A stretch of 64,000 bases of DNA from the NCBI GenBank assembly GCA_963706575.1, contig CAVPNL010000001.1, positions 1-64,000 of the forward strand, written 5' to 3'. The translations under genes and the position numbers were made by a program. Source of the stretch: an uncultured delta proteobacterium. GTDB taxonomy: Bacteria; Desulfobacterota; Desulfobacteria; Desulfobacterales; JAHEIW01. Below, piece after piece: positions 60,847-64,000 of the stretch (the first letter of the stretch is position 1; the number at the start of each line of letters is the position of its first letter). The notes under the pieces are model-generated. The model was not told the DNA's origin and did not search any database. It saw only the letters and a list, made by a program, of their open reading frames with translations.

Positions 60847-60914
60847 TTTAAGCTATCTGGTATGCGAAACGTCCTGCAACTTGAATACCCGGTCTATATT
60901 CAGAGTGGTTTTTA

Positions 60915-60999
60915 GGTGGGGTTCCCGAGTGGTCAAAGGGAACAGACTGTAAATCTGTCGGCGAAGCCTTCGGAGGTTCGAATCCTCCCCCCACCACCA
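60915..60999 (+). tRNA. tRNA-Tyr(GUA)
   Basis: Long variable arm, anticodon loop CTGTAAA, CCA end. Confidence 0.97.
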
Positions 61000-61191
61000 A
61001 CCTTAGCTGAGTCGATTGTAGGAGATTTCGGTTTAACCTTAGGGATCGATTCGAACTACATGACTTCCTGCATGAAATTGGTTTCAGTTTTTGTGGGAAC
61101 AGTTTAGTCTCCCTATTTTTTGCTCGTATCTGACAAAGGAAGAAACAGAACTTATTTTAATCCGCTGCGGATATAGGTTCTAAATGATTTA

Positions 61192-61267
<76 letters not shown>

Positions 61268-61320
61268 AATGAAGTTTTGGTTGTTTTAAGCTCCTTACGT
61301 GAATCGGTTACCAATCTGAT

Positions 61321-61397
61321 GCCCACGTAGCTCAGTCGGTAGAGCGCTTCCTTGGTAAGGAAGAGGTTCATCGGTTCGATTCCGATCGTGGGCTCCA
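61321..61397 (+). tRNA. tRNA-Thr(GGU)
   Basis: Anticodon loop TTGGTAA, CCA end. Confidence 0.97.
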
Positions 61398-61503
61398 TTG
61401 GTAAATATGCGATTTGGAATGTGTTTACTTGGGGCGGCCTTTATGGGGTTCAAACATAAAGCAAAATCTTAAAACTTAATTAAAACCATGGGAGGATGAA
61501 AAG

Positions 61504-62697
<1,194 letters not shown>

Positions 62698-62715
62698 CGG
62701 GATAGGAGTCGATCG

Positions 62716-62865
62716 GTGAGAATAATCGTTACGCTTGCATGCACTGAGTGCAAAAGAAGAAATTACACGACGACAAAAAATAAGCGGACTACGCCCGACA
62801 AACTGGAGTTCAGTAAATACTGCAGATTTTGTCGCAAACATACGCCCCACCGAGAGACCAAATAG
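62716..62865 (+). CDS. rpmG: 50S ribosomal protein L33 (Zn-binding form)
   Basis: Manual translation from [52 protein letters not shown]. Confidence 0.96.
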   Translation: MRIIVTLACTECKRRNYTTTKNKRTTPDKLEFSKYCRFCRKHTPHRETK

Positions 62866-62990
62866 ATAAATCCCGGTGGTGCCGTTTTTGGAAGCTTTGT
62901 TTATTCTAAGTGTAAAAGGAAATATAGGCGATTGGCAAGGATCAATCCATAACACCTTTTGATGAGCTGATTTCACCAATTGCGAAATGC

Positions 62991-63066
62991 AGGCCAGTAG
63001 CTCTAACGGTAGAGCATCGGACTCCAAATCCGGCGGTTGGGGGTTCGAATCCCTCCTGGCCTGCCA
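62991..63066 (+). tRNA. tRNA-Trp(CCA)
   Basis: Anticodon loop CTCCAAA, CCA end; canonical position before secE. Confidence 0.96.
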
Positions 63067-63147
63067 TTTTCTTTTTTAAAGCTTAGCGCTTGAAGGTTTA
63101 GGAATACTAAGATTCCTTCAACCTTTGATGCTTTGAGTAGGAGTAAA

Positions 63148-63552
63148 ATGGGACGGTTACAACGCAAAAAAACATCCGGTACGAAGAAAAAGAAAAAAAA
63201 GGCAGGATCGGCCGCGTCGGTCACAAGTCAGGCCGCAATTACGAAGCCTGGTAAAACGACTGCTCCCGCAACAGTTGGGAATAAAGTAACGCCGCCGGCA
63301 AAAACGGCAACCGCAAAAAAGAAATCCCAGGTTACCAGCGTTGCGGCATCGAAACCAAAGGCCAATATTTTTCAATCGTCGATCCAGTTTTTAAGAGAGG
63401 TTAAAATCGAACTCAAAAAAGTGACCTGGCCGTCCCGTAAGCAAACAATTGGTTCCACGGCCGTTGTGGTGGCTTTGGTTTTGCTGATTTCACTTTTTCT
63501 CGGATTCGTTGATATCGGCCTTTCTAATTTGATACGCGCAGTCTTGCAATAA
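63148..63552 (+). CDS. secE: Preprotein translocase subunit SecE with Lys-rich N-terminal extension
   Basis: QFLREVKIELKKVTWPSR + TM helix. Confidence 0.93.
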   Translation: MGRLQRKKTSGTKKKKKKAGSAASVTSQAAITKPGKTTAPATVGNKVTPPAKTATAKKKSQVTSVAASKPKANIFQSSIQFLREVKIELKKVTWPSRKQTIGSTAVVVALVLLISLFLGFVDIGLSNLIRAVLQ

Positions 63553-63569
63553 AACAAGGAGGAAAAAGA

Positions 63570-64000
63570 TTGGCGCTTAAATGGTATATCATCCATGTAT
63601 ATTCGGGCTTTGAAAACAAGGTTAAAGCAACCTTGGAAGAACGTGTTGCCTCTTCCCCGCATGCTGATAAATTCGGAGAGGTTGTTGTGCCGACCGAAGA
63701 AATTGTGGAACTGGTCAAAGGCAAACGCAAGACATCGGCGCGTAAGTTTTATCCGGGATATATATTGGTCCAGATGGACCTTGATGATGAAACATGGCAT
63801 ATCGTCAATGATACCGCCAAAGTAACCGGATTTTTAGGCGGCCGGCGAAAACCCACGCCGCTGTCTGAGGAAGAGGCTGGCCGTATTTTGAATCGCATGG
63901 AGGCCGGCAAATTAAAGCCTCAGCCCAAATACTTCTTTGAACACGGAGATGAGGTTCGCGTAATTGATGGGCCATTTACCAATTTCAATGGAACGGTTCA
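63570..64000 (+). CDS. nusG: Transcription termination/antitermination factor NusG (3' truncated by window)
   Basis: TTG start after AAGGAGG; KWYIIHVYSGFE, FYPGYILV, VTGFLG, KOW VRVIDGPF. Confidence 0.96.
   Translation, partial: MALKWYIIHVYSGFENKVKATLEERVASSPHADKFGEVVVPTEEIVELVKGKRKTSARKFYPGYILVQMDLDDETWHIVNDTAKVTGFLGGRRKPTPLSEEEAGRILNRMEAGKLKPQPKYFFEHGDEVRVIDGPFTNFNGTV

Overview
Bacterial chromosomal window, most likely from a sulfate-reducer-type Desulfobacterota (Desulfobacterales-like). This assignment is inferred from protein styles such as the PxxKW protein, CheD-HDOD, the KKPTYE-type kinase N-terminus and microsatellite-armed palindromes. From ~12.9 kb to the end the window is housekeeping DNA: moaA, gpgS, trxB, hemC/cobA-hemD, selA, rfbB, pyrF, lysC, tsaE, nnr, pdxJ-like, ybeY, phoH, mazG, hisHF, fba, pfk, truA, argJ, mltD-like, then a tRNA-Thr/Tyr/Gly/Thr-tuf-rpmG-tRNA-Trp-secE-nusG cluster. 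The first ~12.7 kb is an accessory region and the most interesting part. (1) A complete 2.1-kb element encodes only two overlapping tyrosine recombinases. It is bounded by perfect 14-bp inverted repeats and a 7-bp direct repeat GTTGGAG, so its excised junction would be a perfect 14-7-14 recombination site. (2) That element sits inside one copy of a family of identically oriented intergenic sites of the form GAT(A/T)N-[7-bp core]-N(T/A)ATC, with cores ATTGAGA, GTTGGAG, AAATYGA and xxxCTGG. These sites separate a co-oriented string of unrelated cargo genes: three beta-lactamase-fold serine hydrolases, a zinc ribbon, a thioesterase, YIP1, a PAS kinase, a secreted protein and a nitrilase. One core cuts off an adenylate-cyclase N-terminus exactly at the core. 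This looks like an integron-like but attC-independent gene-cassette array (inference, untested). Also found: a UGA-containing dual-CXXC selenoprotein with a SECIS-like hairpin that the ORF track misses, a PdxJ with substituted active-site residues, a candidate sRNA, and several families of intergenic palindromic repeats.
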